Assembly: GCF_018350175.1 (NCBI RefSeq) | Contig: NC_058368.1 | Span: 115,818,001-115,882,000 of the forward strand | Reading direction: 5' to 3' | Source of the DNA: Felis catus | Taxonomy: Eukaryota | Length of the DNA: 64,000 bases | Shown here: positions 1 to 10,427 of the stretch, piece by piece | Layout of the letters: the number at the start of each line of letters is the position of its first letter | How positions within the stretch are numbered: position 1 is the stretch's first letter | Notes under the pieces: generated by a model | What the model was told of the DNA's origin: nothing | Seen by the model: the letters and a program-made list of their open reading frames with translations, nothing else | The model's database searches: none | Program-made: the position numbers and the translations under genes

Positions 1-1213
1 CCCTCTCACCCACTGCTGTACTCAAAGGAGCTTCCTTTACACCACATCCCACGTAACAGGAAAGAAAGGTGGAGTTAGGCTCACAGATACCTGGAGGGAT
101 AAAAGCTGGAAATGGAAGGAAGGCCTTCCCACACAAGGTATATGAGACCTTCAGAAAGTGTAGGTCCAGGGCTCAGGGAGAGGCCCTCTCCTTTGAGGAA
201 CTGGAAAGAGGCAAGTGGACAGAAGCAATGACCCCTAGGTTTACTGGTTGCAGGCACCTTAGTTTATCAGCTGTGTGATGATCTTGTCAGTTCCAGGGAG
301 GGGGGCCCAGACTTGCATAAGAGACCCTGGGGTCAGAGCCAAAGGATATAGGCTCGATGGTTCTCTTAGCCCTAGAGGAGCAGGGGCCACTCCATTCTCT
401 TCTCACTCCTAGCTCCCGTAGGAAGCCCTGAGGATTCAAGATTCTCTCCCACCTTCCTGGTGCCCAGTGCCCGCTCGCCACAATGACCCAGGCCTGCCCC
501 TGTGATGGGTGCACCTCCCCTCCTTCCTCAGCCAGTTTTCTGCTGGCAGGAACGCATCCTCCACCCGTCCGCACATTTTCCTCAGTGCCTACCTCCTGCT
601 GCCTGCCTGAGGGGCCTGTTCCAGCTTGCCCCTCATAAATAAGGGAACACGCGGTTCTGCAGGGGAGGGACCTGCGCCCAGGGCTTGGGGGGGCTGGTTT
701 GCTTCTGGCACAGGAAGGCTTGGGTGAGACACCTCAGCGTGGCGGCCCTAGAGATAGGCAGCACCCGCCGGGAAGGGGGCCTCTGAGAACCAAGAGCCAT
801 TTCAAGAGCTACTGTGGCCTGGCAGATGGCGTGCTAGGATGACCAAAGAGCAAGCTGTAGTGTGGGTGGAAGGAAAGAGAGATTTTGCCAGGAAGGAGAC
901 TCCTGCTCCTGTCCCTGGCCCCCCTGGTAGGTGAAGCGTGTGTGTGGAGGTGGCAGGCCTCTTTGCCACAGTGAGGGAATCAGAAGTTCTCCATCACAGC
1001 TCCCCGTCTTCTACCCAGCCAACTCGCTGCTGGGAGCCCAGGCGCAGGTTGGGTGGAGCGAAGTTTCAGGAATGCAGCAAATGGGACAGGGCCCTAACAG
1101 AAAGAAGGCAGGAGGCACACTTCAGGCTCTTAGGGGTCCCCAATACCCAGGACTGAAAGACTGGACCACGTACTCTTTCTGGACTGGGTAACCCATTTGT
1201 CAGATGAGGCTTA

Positions 1214-1424
1214 GGGCGCCTGGGTGACTCAGTTGGTTAAGCGTCTGACTTTGGCTCAGGTCATGATCTCAGTTTGTGGGTTTGAGTCCTGTGTTGGACT
1301 CTCCCCTGACAGTGCAGAGCCTGCTTGAGATGTTCTCTCTCCAAATTTCTCTGCCCCTCCCCCACTAATGCATGCACATACTCTCTTTCTCTCAAAATAA
1401 ATAAACTTGAAGAAAAAAAAAAAA
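1214..1424 (+). mobile_element. CAN-SINE inserted in a MIR remnant
   Basis: gggcgcctgggtg head, CT-rich segment, A tail; TSD tgaggctta at 1205-1213 and 1426-1434. Confidence 0.92.
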
Positions 1425-3406
1425 GTGAGGCTTAACCAGGACGGTAACTTGCTCAAAGTCTAGGTCAACCCAAAGGGTGTCTTGTCCAGTCCTAGAGTCG
1501 CCCTGAACCCGGGAGAGGACGTCTAGTTCTGCAAGATTCTCATCAATGTAACACTCAATGCGGATGTCCTCTGCCAGGCTGTACAGGGCAAAAGGGTGTA
1601 TATGGGTGGCATCCAGCCTCTGAGGCTCTCTCATGCTAGAGGGAAAGAGAACCCCCAAAATGAATGAAATGGTGTCCAAGGCACCATGAGAAGAGACCAT
1701 GAGAGCTTCCTGGAGGGTTCAGGGAGGTGTCCCAGAGGATATGACATTTAATCTGGACCTGGAGAACTTTGCCAGGGACAAGGTGGGGGAGGGAGGAGCT
1801 TCCATAATAGCTGGGGTCCAAGTCCAGGGTCATGAAAGGAAAGACCAGGGATCAGGAGCACTGAGGAGTTGGGGAGCAGCATGGCAGTGACTTAAAGGTG
1901 AGGAGGAGAGGAGTTGGAAGGGCTCTGAGGCCTGGGTTGAGGCTGGCATACAGCAGGCTCTCAAGATCTATCCAGTAAATGAGTGAATGATCAGATATGT
2001 GTCCATGTTAGAAAGGTCATCCCCTGCCAGGGTCACAGGGCTCAGTGGACCTCTAGAACTGTAAGCAAAACTGGGTGGATAAGGCACATTTTTCCTCTGA
2101 AAAAAAGGGTGGAGGCCTTCACCACATTCTGTATTGGAAGCTAGACTAGAGGCTCTGAGAAGGTGGGGACCATGTCTGGGTCAATCGCCAGTGTACGTCC
2201 AGCCTCTGGCAGAGTAGAGTGCCTGGCACAGGGCTGATGTTCCATATGCACATGTTAGATACAGAGATGAGCTCACAAACGGGCCTGTGGCCCAGGAAAA
2301 GTGGGGATGGCCAAGAGTGGGACCGTGGAGGACAAGAGGCCAGAGGCAGGAGAGCAGATAAGAAACCTGCAGGGCAGGGAGCAGGGTGTCTCCTGCTGGA
2401 GGGGGTGGTGCCAAGCAGCAGGCACTCCACTTCCGCGACAGCTGTGAGGAGAGCACAGGAGGGTGAGGCAGGGCCAGAGAGGGCAAGGAGGAGAGGCTAG
2501 ACTGGGGCATACAGGATCAGAGCTGTCTGTGGGTATCTTGGGGGTGGTATCTAGTGTTCAGCTGGCAGTGTGGATCTGGAACTCCGGTATAAAAAAAAAA
2601 AAAAAAGTCATCACAGGGTTATCAGCTCAGAGAGGGTGAAATCCCCCACAGGTGGAGAGGGAGGGAGAAGAGGAGGGAAGCCCCCCGAGACAGGAAACTT
2701 CCAGCCCTGATGGTGACTGAGAGAATGGTCAGGGGCACGGAAGGACCAGGAAAGGGGGCTGCAGAGGCAAGAGAGCAGGTGGCATCCATGCCAGTGGCTG
2801 CAGAGGGGCCTGGAGGCAAGGGGCTTGGGAGGTCTGAGGTCGCCAGGTCTCTCAAGAGCCACAGCCATAGGCGGGGGGGGGGGGGGTGTATTTACAAGGC
2901 AGATTCCAGGAAGGCAAAGAGGTGTGGAGGACGGCAGGGTGGAGTCAGTGGACATGAAACTGACCCTCCATGATGGTGGAGAGAAGTGGGATGGGCAAGA
3001 AGTGGAGGAGGGAGAGGGGCAGCGATGTGGAGGGAAAGCTTTCAGAAGGGAGGTGATGTGAGAGGGTTGGCGTTGGAGAGAAAAAGGGGGAGGTCATCAC
3101 TCATGATCTCCCAGATGCATCCTGGAACCAGTCTCTCCCCGAAGATGGCCAAATGTGGGCTTTCGGACACTGTGGCAGATCCTGTGAGAAGTTTTGGGGA
3201 CAAGAGGGGACTTCCGCAGGTAAAGCTGAGTTTGATAATCTATCCAGAGACATTCATTAAGCATCTACAGCCTGCACGACACTGGGCCAACATAATCCAG
3301 AGCTGCAAGGAGAGATTGGGTGTGGCCAGGAAGGGGGGACCAGGGCCGGTCCCTCCTTTTCAGGGAGGATGGAGGGCAGCCGGGTGGACAGAGGGTTTTT
3401 TCTCAC

Positions 3407-3578
3407 CTGCCGTTGCCGTACTTGATGCGAATGTCACGGCTGCGGTTGAGCTCCTTGCCATCCTTGAACCAGCGATAGGAGGGCTGAGGGTTGCCCGCTG
3501 CTGCCTCACACTTCAGTGATTGCTTCTCACCCACCTGTCCCGTCTGGCTCTTCATCTTCTTCAGCTTGGGCCGGGTGG
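3407..3578 (-). CDS. NRG2: Neuregulin-2 internal coding exon (N-terminal half of Ig-like domain), 172 bp
   Basis: Translates (A)TRPKLKKMKSQTGQVGEKQSLKCEAAAGNPQPSYRWFKDGKELNRSRDIRIKYGNG(R), recognised as the NRG2 Ig domain. Acceptor ctccctgccttgtaccccacAG at 3580-3579; donor AG|GTGAGA at 3406-3401; enters in phase 1, exits in phase 2. Confidence 0.97.
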
Positions 3579-3789
3579 CTGTGGGGTACAAGGCAGGGAG
3601 GTGAGCACTGGTGGCAGAGGGGGGCAGGCAAGTGCCAAGTGTGAGCAGTGCAGGAAGGGCCGCCCCTCCTGGTGTCATTTGCCAGTTCAATTCGATAAGC
3701 GTTCACAGAGGGCCTGCCGTGATGTCAATGTGGCTACTACCTATGGGCTTTCCTTCGTGCCTGGAATGGTACTAGGAATTCTATAAACC

Positions 3790-3940
3790 TCAGCTTATGA
3801 AAATAACCCCATGAACTCACTGCAATGATAAAGCCCCTTTATGGATGGCGAAAACTGCGGCTCAAAATGGTGACGTCGCGTCCTCAAGGTGAACTGGGAT
3901 TCAAACCCAGGTTCCCTTGACTTCAGTGCTCAGGCTCTGA
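3790..3940 (-). mobile_element. MIR fragment
   Basis: Degenerate MIR core (cccctttatggatgg..aaaactgcggctca..ctgggattcaaacccagg). Confidence 0.6.
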
Positions 3941-5266
3941 CTGGTGGCCCAGACCCCCAGGCCTAAGCTGGCCTAGAGGACACAGGCAGACCAAGATGAC
4001 AGACACCGCTCCTGCCCTCAGGAAGTTCAGTCTGGTAGGAGAGCTGTCACCTGGCATTAACATCACAGCATGGTTCACAGAGGCCCCAAGTTACAAAAAC
4101 TGAGGGGAGCGACCCCAATCCAGGCTGGGGGAGGAGCTAACTTAGCTAAGAGCTGAAGAAGGCTAAGGGGCCAGAGCGGGTAGGAAGGGAGGTGGGCCAG
4201 GCAGAGTCAGCATTGTGGCTCAGGAGAATCCCATGCGGTCCGGCGGCTGGGCTCACTCGGATGGGTCGAGGGGAGCAGCTGTCTGGGTGATAAAGCTTGG
4301 AGCTACACTGGTGGGCACAGGCCCACCTAGTGCTGCAGGCCTGCCAATGTCAAGCTACTAGAGGCTTCTCCCAATTTTCTTACACATAATTCTGTTTCCA
4401 CATGCCCACTCTCCCATGCTTCATCTCCTTGTCCCCCTCCCCTCAACAACCTAAACCAAAAAAAGAAGAAAAAAAAAAAAAAAAAGGGAAAAGTACTCTG
4501 TTCACAGGAAGGTAAGGGCAAGCCCGTGCTCCCTGCTGTGGTAATAATTCCACTGGGACAGCCCTTCACACGTTACACAATGCCTTCATGCATGCTCTCA
4601 TTTGGTCCCTGAGCTCTGTAAGGCAAGTGTCATTGCCAACATGGATGGTGAAGATGAGACTCAGAGAAGTTAAGAAAGTTGACCAACGCCACACAGCCAG
4701 GCCGCCACGGAGCTGGCACCAGAGCCCAGGTGTCTGGGTTTGCAACAGGTCAGGCTTGGAGCAGCCTGGTGTCTGCTTTGCAGCCCATGTCTCTTTTGGG
4801 AGAATGAGGACCTCGTTGAAATCCTTCCAACAGCAGAAGCGATGGTCTGCTGGGGCTAGGGAGTTGTCCGGGGACTGAATGGTCTAGGCTGGCTCTGGAC
4901 GAAGGTGCCTGAGGGGGCCTGGCGGTCCCCCATTGAGCCTACCTCGGAGCTGCTGCTTGGAGGCAGGGGGAAGATGCCAGCGGGGAGAGGAGAGAGAGAA
5001 AGGGCTCCTGAAGCCTCAAAAACGATAAACATAGACCCCCCAAAACAGTGCTTGTGAAACGATTTTGTTCATTTTGGAAAACTTAACAGTATAGATGGAT
5101 AAAAGAAGCAATCATCCATCATCCTAGTACTCAGAAGTAACGTATAGCGACACACACGCGTTGTAAACAAATGGGTCAGTGTCAGTAACCTGTTTCTTTC
5201 ATTTAATGAAACAAGGCCTTTGAGCTTGGCCTTAATTATCTTTTAATACTTTGTCTATTAAAAAAA

Positions 5267-5563
5267 ATTTTCATGTTTATTTATCTATTTTGAGACAAAG
5301 AAAGCACGAGCAGGGGAGGGGCAGAGAGAGAATCCCAAGCAGGCTCCGTGCTGTCGGTGCAGAGCCAGAGGCGAGTCTCAATCTCACGAACCGTGAGGTC
5401 ATGACCTGAGCCAAAATCAAGAGTCAGATGTTTAACCAGCTGAGCCATCCAGGCGCCCCTGTTTGTTTATTTATTTTAAATAGGCTCCACGCCCAGCGTG
5501 GGGCTTGAACTCCCCATCCTGAGATCAAGAGCTACATGCTCCTACTGAGCCAGTCAGGCACCC
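5267..5563 (-). mobile_element. Two adjacent CAN-SINEs (5267-5459 and a shorter one at 5461-5563)
   Basis: Each ends in ccaggcgcccc/caggcaccc (reverse-complement head) and begins with a T-rich tail. Confidence 0.88.
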
Positions 5564-5918
5564 GTTGGCATTAATTATTAATAATAGCATTTCCCAAACT
5601 GAATTCTATAGGACATGAATATCCCAGAGGGATGATAATAGGTATTACTTAAGAAAAGAGTTCCATGATCAAATCAGTTTGGGGAACAAGTGGGGAAACA
5701 CGGTTAAAGAAGTATCATCACTGACTTTGGTATGATTCTCCAACCAAGGGTCTTAGAACTTTTTTTTCAGAACCCTCAGTAGCATTTCAAGGAAATAAAG
5801 TTATGCAGAATAGCTCTAAACATAACTTACATGTATATATATTTATAGATATATACATATTTTCATATCTTCACATAAATCAAAATTCAAGAAGTGTAAA
5901 AGGGTATATGGTTTAAAA

Positions 5919-6123
5919 TTTTTTTTCAACGTTTATTTATTTTTTTGGGACAGAGAGCATGAACGGGGGAGGGGCAGAGAGAGAGGGAGACACAGAATCG
6001 GAAATAGGCTCCAGGCTCCAAGCCATCAGCCCAGAGCCCGACGCGGGGCTCGAACTCACGGACCGCGAGATCGTGACCTGGCTGAAGTCGGACGCTTAAC
6101 CGACTGTGCCACCCAGGCGCCCC
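5919..6123 (-). mobile_element. Young felid SINEC_Fc
   Basis: CpG-rich near-consensus body; perfect flanking direct repeat taaaagggtatatggtttaaaa at 5897-5918 and 6124-6145. Confidence 0.95.
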
Positions 6124-6160
6124 TAAAAGGGTATATGGTTTAAAAAACAAGTCTCCCTCT

Positions 6161-6775
6161 GGGGCACGTGGGTGGCTCAGTTGATTGTGCCTCCGACTCT
6201 TGATTTTGGCTTGGATCATGATGCCAGTGTTGTGGGATCCACGCCCACATTGGTCAGGCTCCATGCTGAGCGTGGAGCCTGCTTATGACTCCTCTCTCCC
6301 GGAGCACCTGGGTGGGTCTGTCGGTTAAGCATCTGACTCTTGGTTTCAGCTTGGGTCATGATCTCACAGTTCATGGGTTCGAATCCTGTATCAGGCTCTG
6401 CCTGGCAGTGTGGAACCTGCTTGGGACTCTCTCCTCCCTCTTTCTCTCTGCCTCTTCCCTGCTCTCTCTCTCTTTAAATAAACATTAAAAAAAAGGATTC
6501 TTGGGGCGCCTGGGTGGCGCAGTCGGTTAAGCGTCCGACTTCAGCCAGGTCACGATCTCGCGGTCCGTGAGTTCGAGCCCCGCGTCGGGCTCTGGGCTGA
6601 TGGCTCAGAGCCTGGAGCCTGTTTTCAATTCTGTGTCTCCCTCTCTCTCTGACCCTCCCCCGTTCATGCTCTGTCTCTCTCTGTCCCAAAAATAAATGTT
6701 GAAAAAAAAAAGGATTCTTTCTCCCTCTCCCCCTCTCCCCACCTTGCATTCTCTCTCTTTCTAAAATAAAACCAA
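6161..6775 (+). mobile_element. Three nested CAN-SINEs (outer 6161-6775, middle ~6301-6495, young inner 6502-6710)
   Basis: Three SINE heads at 6161, 6301 and 6502. Outer TSD aaaaaacaagtc(t/a)ccctct; inner TSD aaaaaaaggattctt. Confidence 0.92.
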
Positions 6776-7119
6776 AAAACAAGTCACCCTCTAACTTCTT
6801 TCCATAGCCACACAATTGTCTTTGCAGGAGGCAACCAATTTTATCAGTTCTGTTTATATCATTTCAGAGACATTTCAGGAATTTTATACAAACCCTACTG
6901 TTTACACATTATCTTCTCATTTTTCATGGTTGTATACTATTCCGGTGTAGGTGTATCATCATTTACGCAACCAATTCCTATCCTGGGGTATGCAGCATGT
7001 TTTCTCCCATCCCCCACAGGATTAGCAGGCCCAGAGGAACATCCTGGCAACCTGACTCAGTATATAGATCCAGTGTGTTCATCCAGCGCACGCAGTGTTC
7101 ATCCTTTGTACACACCCAG

Positions 7120-7375
7120 CGTGTATGGCTGGACACGCGGGATGGCTCTTGACTCAGACCGCCTGGATTCAAATCCAGGCTTTGCTACTTCTTAGCTTTG
7201 TGTCCTCAGGCTATTGACCTAATCCTTTTGTGCCTCGGTTTTCTTATCCATGAAATACGGGTGATAATAACAGCTCCTACCTCAGGGGATGATAGCTGTA
7301 AGGATCATATGAGACCATGCATGTAAAGCCAGGCTTGCACAGAGCATGAAACAAAGGTTAGCTATTATTGTTTCT
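7120..7375 (+). mobile_element. MIR
   Basis: tcagaccgcctggattcaaatccaggctttgctacttcttagct...tgtgcctcggttttcttatccatgaaat MIR core. Confidence 0.8.
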
Positions 7376-7384
7376 TTCTTACTA

Positions 7385-7950
7385 TCCACAATAATTTCCT
7401 AAGGCAATCTTTCTAAAAGTGGAATTGCTGCATCAAAAGGGTATGCGATCTTCCTCATCCTTAAACATTGCCAAATTGCCTTCTGGAAAGGTTGCACCAA
7501 TTTGCACTCCCACCAGTGAATGACAGTGCCTGTTTTTTCCACACCCTCACTAACATGAGGTATTATCATGTATTTAATCTTTGCCAATTAGCTAGGCAAA
7601 AGATAACGTCTCTTTGTTGTACTAAAAAGTTTGCATTTATTTGATTCCTGGTGAGGCTGACCACTTTTTATAAATGTATTGACTCATTGTATTGCTGAAT
7701 TGCCTGTTCATGTCTGTACTCTGTTTTTCTAATGGGTGCTCATCTTCTTTTTGATCTGTGAGAGTTTTATATAAATAGTAAGGCTATTAACCTTTTGCTA
7801 TAATTTTTTCCCCAATTACCTGCTTCTTATATTTTTAAATGCTGGTTTGGGGTGTTTTTTGTTTGTTTGTTTGTTTTTTGACACCCAGAGGTTTTGTGTG
7901 TATCAACCTATCAGTCTGTTGGACTTTCTGGAACGTCATTATTCTAAGTA
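7385..7950 (-). mobile_element. Old L1 fragment (ORF2 C-terminal region)
   Basis: ORF 7399-7587 contains the L1 ORF2 motif HWWECKLVQPF. Confidence 0.82.
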
Positions 7951-8134
7951 TGATTGAAGTCGTGCCTCAGCATCCTTGCCCTTTACCTACACCACGCTCT
8001 CCTTCATCTACTTGCTCTGGGGTCCCTAGTCACTTCTTATCAAGAGTTCTTAACCTTAGATGCTGCTGAGAAACACAGGAAGCTTTAACAATTATGTAGG
8101 TGCCTAGAACATATCCTAGATGTTGTGAATATAT

Positions 8135-8149
8135 TTGTTTTTCTAATAT

Positions 8150-8185
<36 letters not shown>

Positions 8186-8399
8186 TTTTTAACGTTTATT
8201 TATTTTTGAGACAGGGAGAGACAGAGCATGAATGGGGGAGGGTCAGAGAGAGGGAGACACAGAATCTGAAACAGGCTCCAGGTTCTGAGCTGTCAGCACA
8301 GAGCCCGACGTGGGGCTCGAACTCATGGACCGCAAAATCATGACCTGAGCCAAAGTCGGCCGCTTAACCAACTGAGCCACTCAGGTGCCCCTAATATTT

Positions 8400-8451
<52 letters not shown>

Positions 8452-8603
8452 CGGAGGGGCAAAGAGAGAGGGGGAGAGAGTCCCAAGCAGGCTCTGTCAG
8501 TGCCGATCCCGATGTAGGGCTTGAACTCACAAACCGTGAGATCAGGACCTGAACCAAAGTCAAGAGTCAGATGCTTAACTGACTGAGCCAGCCTGGTGCC
8601 CCC
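8135..8603 (-). mobile_element. Two nested CAN-SINEs (inner 8152-8391 inserted in tail of outer)
   Basis: Inner TSD taatattt (8144-8151, 8392-8399); outer TSD gaatatat (8127-8134, 8604-8611); (TTTA)n tail. Confidence 0.9.
8405..8448. repeat. (AG)22 microsatellite (expanded SINE CT tract)
   Basis: Perfect dinucleotide run read directly. Confidence 0.95.
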
Positions 8604-9267
8604 GAATATATATATTTAAAGATATATATAACATAAAGGAAAGTGCACATCTTGTTATATAGCTCAGTGACTGGAGCCAAACTAAAAACATCTTCACAGG
8701 TGGCTTTCCTTTAAAGTTAGGTTGACACCTAGTGATTTAACACTCTCTTGGTCAATTGGTGACCTGCAACTAGTCTCCTCCTCCTTCTCATAAACTGGGG
8801 ATGCAGAGAGCTCTTCTCAAGTTCCAAGGTGCCTCCCCCCACTGCATGGGGAATGTTGACCTTTCTTGCAGTTCTGAGACAAAGGGGCCTCCTGCCTTCC
8901 CCCACCCTTCAGTGAGCCGTGGTGCGGATGGGGGTTACCTGGTGAGAGGAAATGGTGGTCACTCTACTACCTTGTTTCCCAGCAAGAGTCCTAACACAAT
9001 AGTACACACTGGGCCTGGGGCTACTGCTAATGGTGGTGATGGAGAGGGCGTGGATATGTTCAGACTGACTCCAGAAACAGCAGGCATAACTCCAATTTAG
9101 GGGGCCTGAGGACCTGGGGGCTCCAAAGGCATTACTGCCACCACTGGAAAATCCAGGATTGCATTTCAGATCACAAAGAGTCCACTCTAGTGGGAATTCT
9201 GTGTGACCTGATAGCTGCTTCTTGATCGTCTACTCGCTTCGGAACAACCCCATCTAGTCACTTGTTC

Positions 9268-9625
9268 CTCATTCATTCAATCATTCATTCATTCGTTCAA
9301 CCTACTATATGACAGGCACTGTTCTGGGCCATGAATAGATACCAGTGCACAAGACAGATAAGATTCCTACTCTTAGGGAACCTGAGTTTTAGTGAGGAGG
9401 AGGCTAGACACCAGCAAATAATCAATAGGGACTATGAGGCAGCAATAAGCAGCAGGATGAAGTCCTGGAGGTGGGAATGAGCTTGGTGAGTTCAAGGGCT
9501 AAAAGAGGCCCATGTGGCTGGAAGACTCTGGAAGGCAGGGTGGTAGCATGAGGGGTGCCTGGAGAGGTAGGCCCGGTGACCGATGTGAGGCTATGTGAGC
9601 TAAGGTGTGAGTCTGGATTTGCTTT
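9268..9625 (-). mobile_element. L2 3' end
   Basis: (CATT)n tail followed by cctactatatgacaggcactgttctggg, typical of reverse-strand L2. Confidence 0.8.
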
Positions 9626-10218
9626 TGTTTTTTTTTACCTCTTATGTGCCTTCTAGAAAATTTTAAATTACACATTTGGATTGCATTATATTCCTATTTG
9701 ACAGCAATGGCCTGAAGGATGACAAAATAAAAGTAACCATCCATTTGAATCATGCTATGTTCTTTACAAAGGGTCTTCTTCTACGTTTATTGACAGTTCC
9801 TCCAAGACTTATCTGACATATTACAAACCTTGCCTCCTCTCTAACAGTGTCTAGTTCTGGTCCCTGCTCACAGAAATCTTAGTTCATGGCTCTCTGGAAG
9901 CCAAAGATGGTGTTTTGAAAGGGAACATGACCCTGAGAATGGGCTGCATTTTTTGTGTCAGGCAAGCCCCTTGGAGGGGAGGGGAAGTGGCTCAGGTGAC
10001 AGGAAAGAGAAGACCCTTGAGGTGGCACTTGGAACAATAGCCAGAGGACCTCTGCTCCCTCACTCCTGGGCCCAGAGCCCACGAGTCCATAGGGAGGAGT
10101 ATGGACAATGTCCCCGAGATGGCTCAGATTTGTTTTTGTAGATGTGATGGGAAGAAATCAGAGGCTTACAAGTCAGGGAATGACCTGATCTTACTTTGTA
10201 CATTTTAAGGTCATTCTT

Positions 10219-10427
10219 TTTTTTTTTTTTTTTAATGTTTATTCATTTATTTTGAGAGAGAAAGAACACGAGCAGGGGAGGGGCAGAGAGATTGTGAGAC
10301 AAGAGGATCCGAAGTAGGCTCTGTGCTGACAGCACAGAATCTGATGTGTGGCTCAAACCCTTGAACAGCAAGATCGTGACCTAAGCTGAAGTGAGACACT
10401 TAACTGAGAGAGCCACCCAGTCTTCTC
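10219..10427 (-). mobile_element. CAN-SINE
   Basis: TSD taaggtcattctt at 10206-10218 and 10428-10440; poly-T tail. Confidence 0.92.

Noticed and set aside
2986..3519. 177-aa plus-strand ORF overlapping the exon
   Set aside because: Antisense shadow of the NRG2 exon in GC-rich DNA; no recognisable protein features.
3579..3690. N-terminal part of ORF 3403-3690 (MNWQMTPGG...)
   Set aside because: It lies upstream of a canonical polypyrimidine/AG acceptor; this is intronic read-through, not NRG2 sequence.
6502..6590. tRNA-like A/B boxes
   Set aside because: These are heads of tRNA-derived CAN-SINEs, not tRNA genes.
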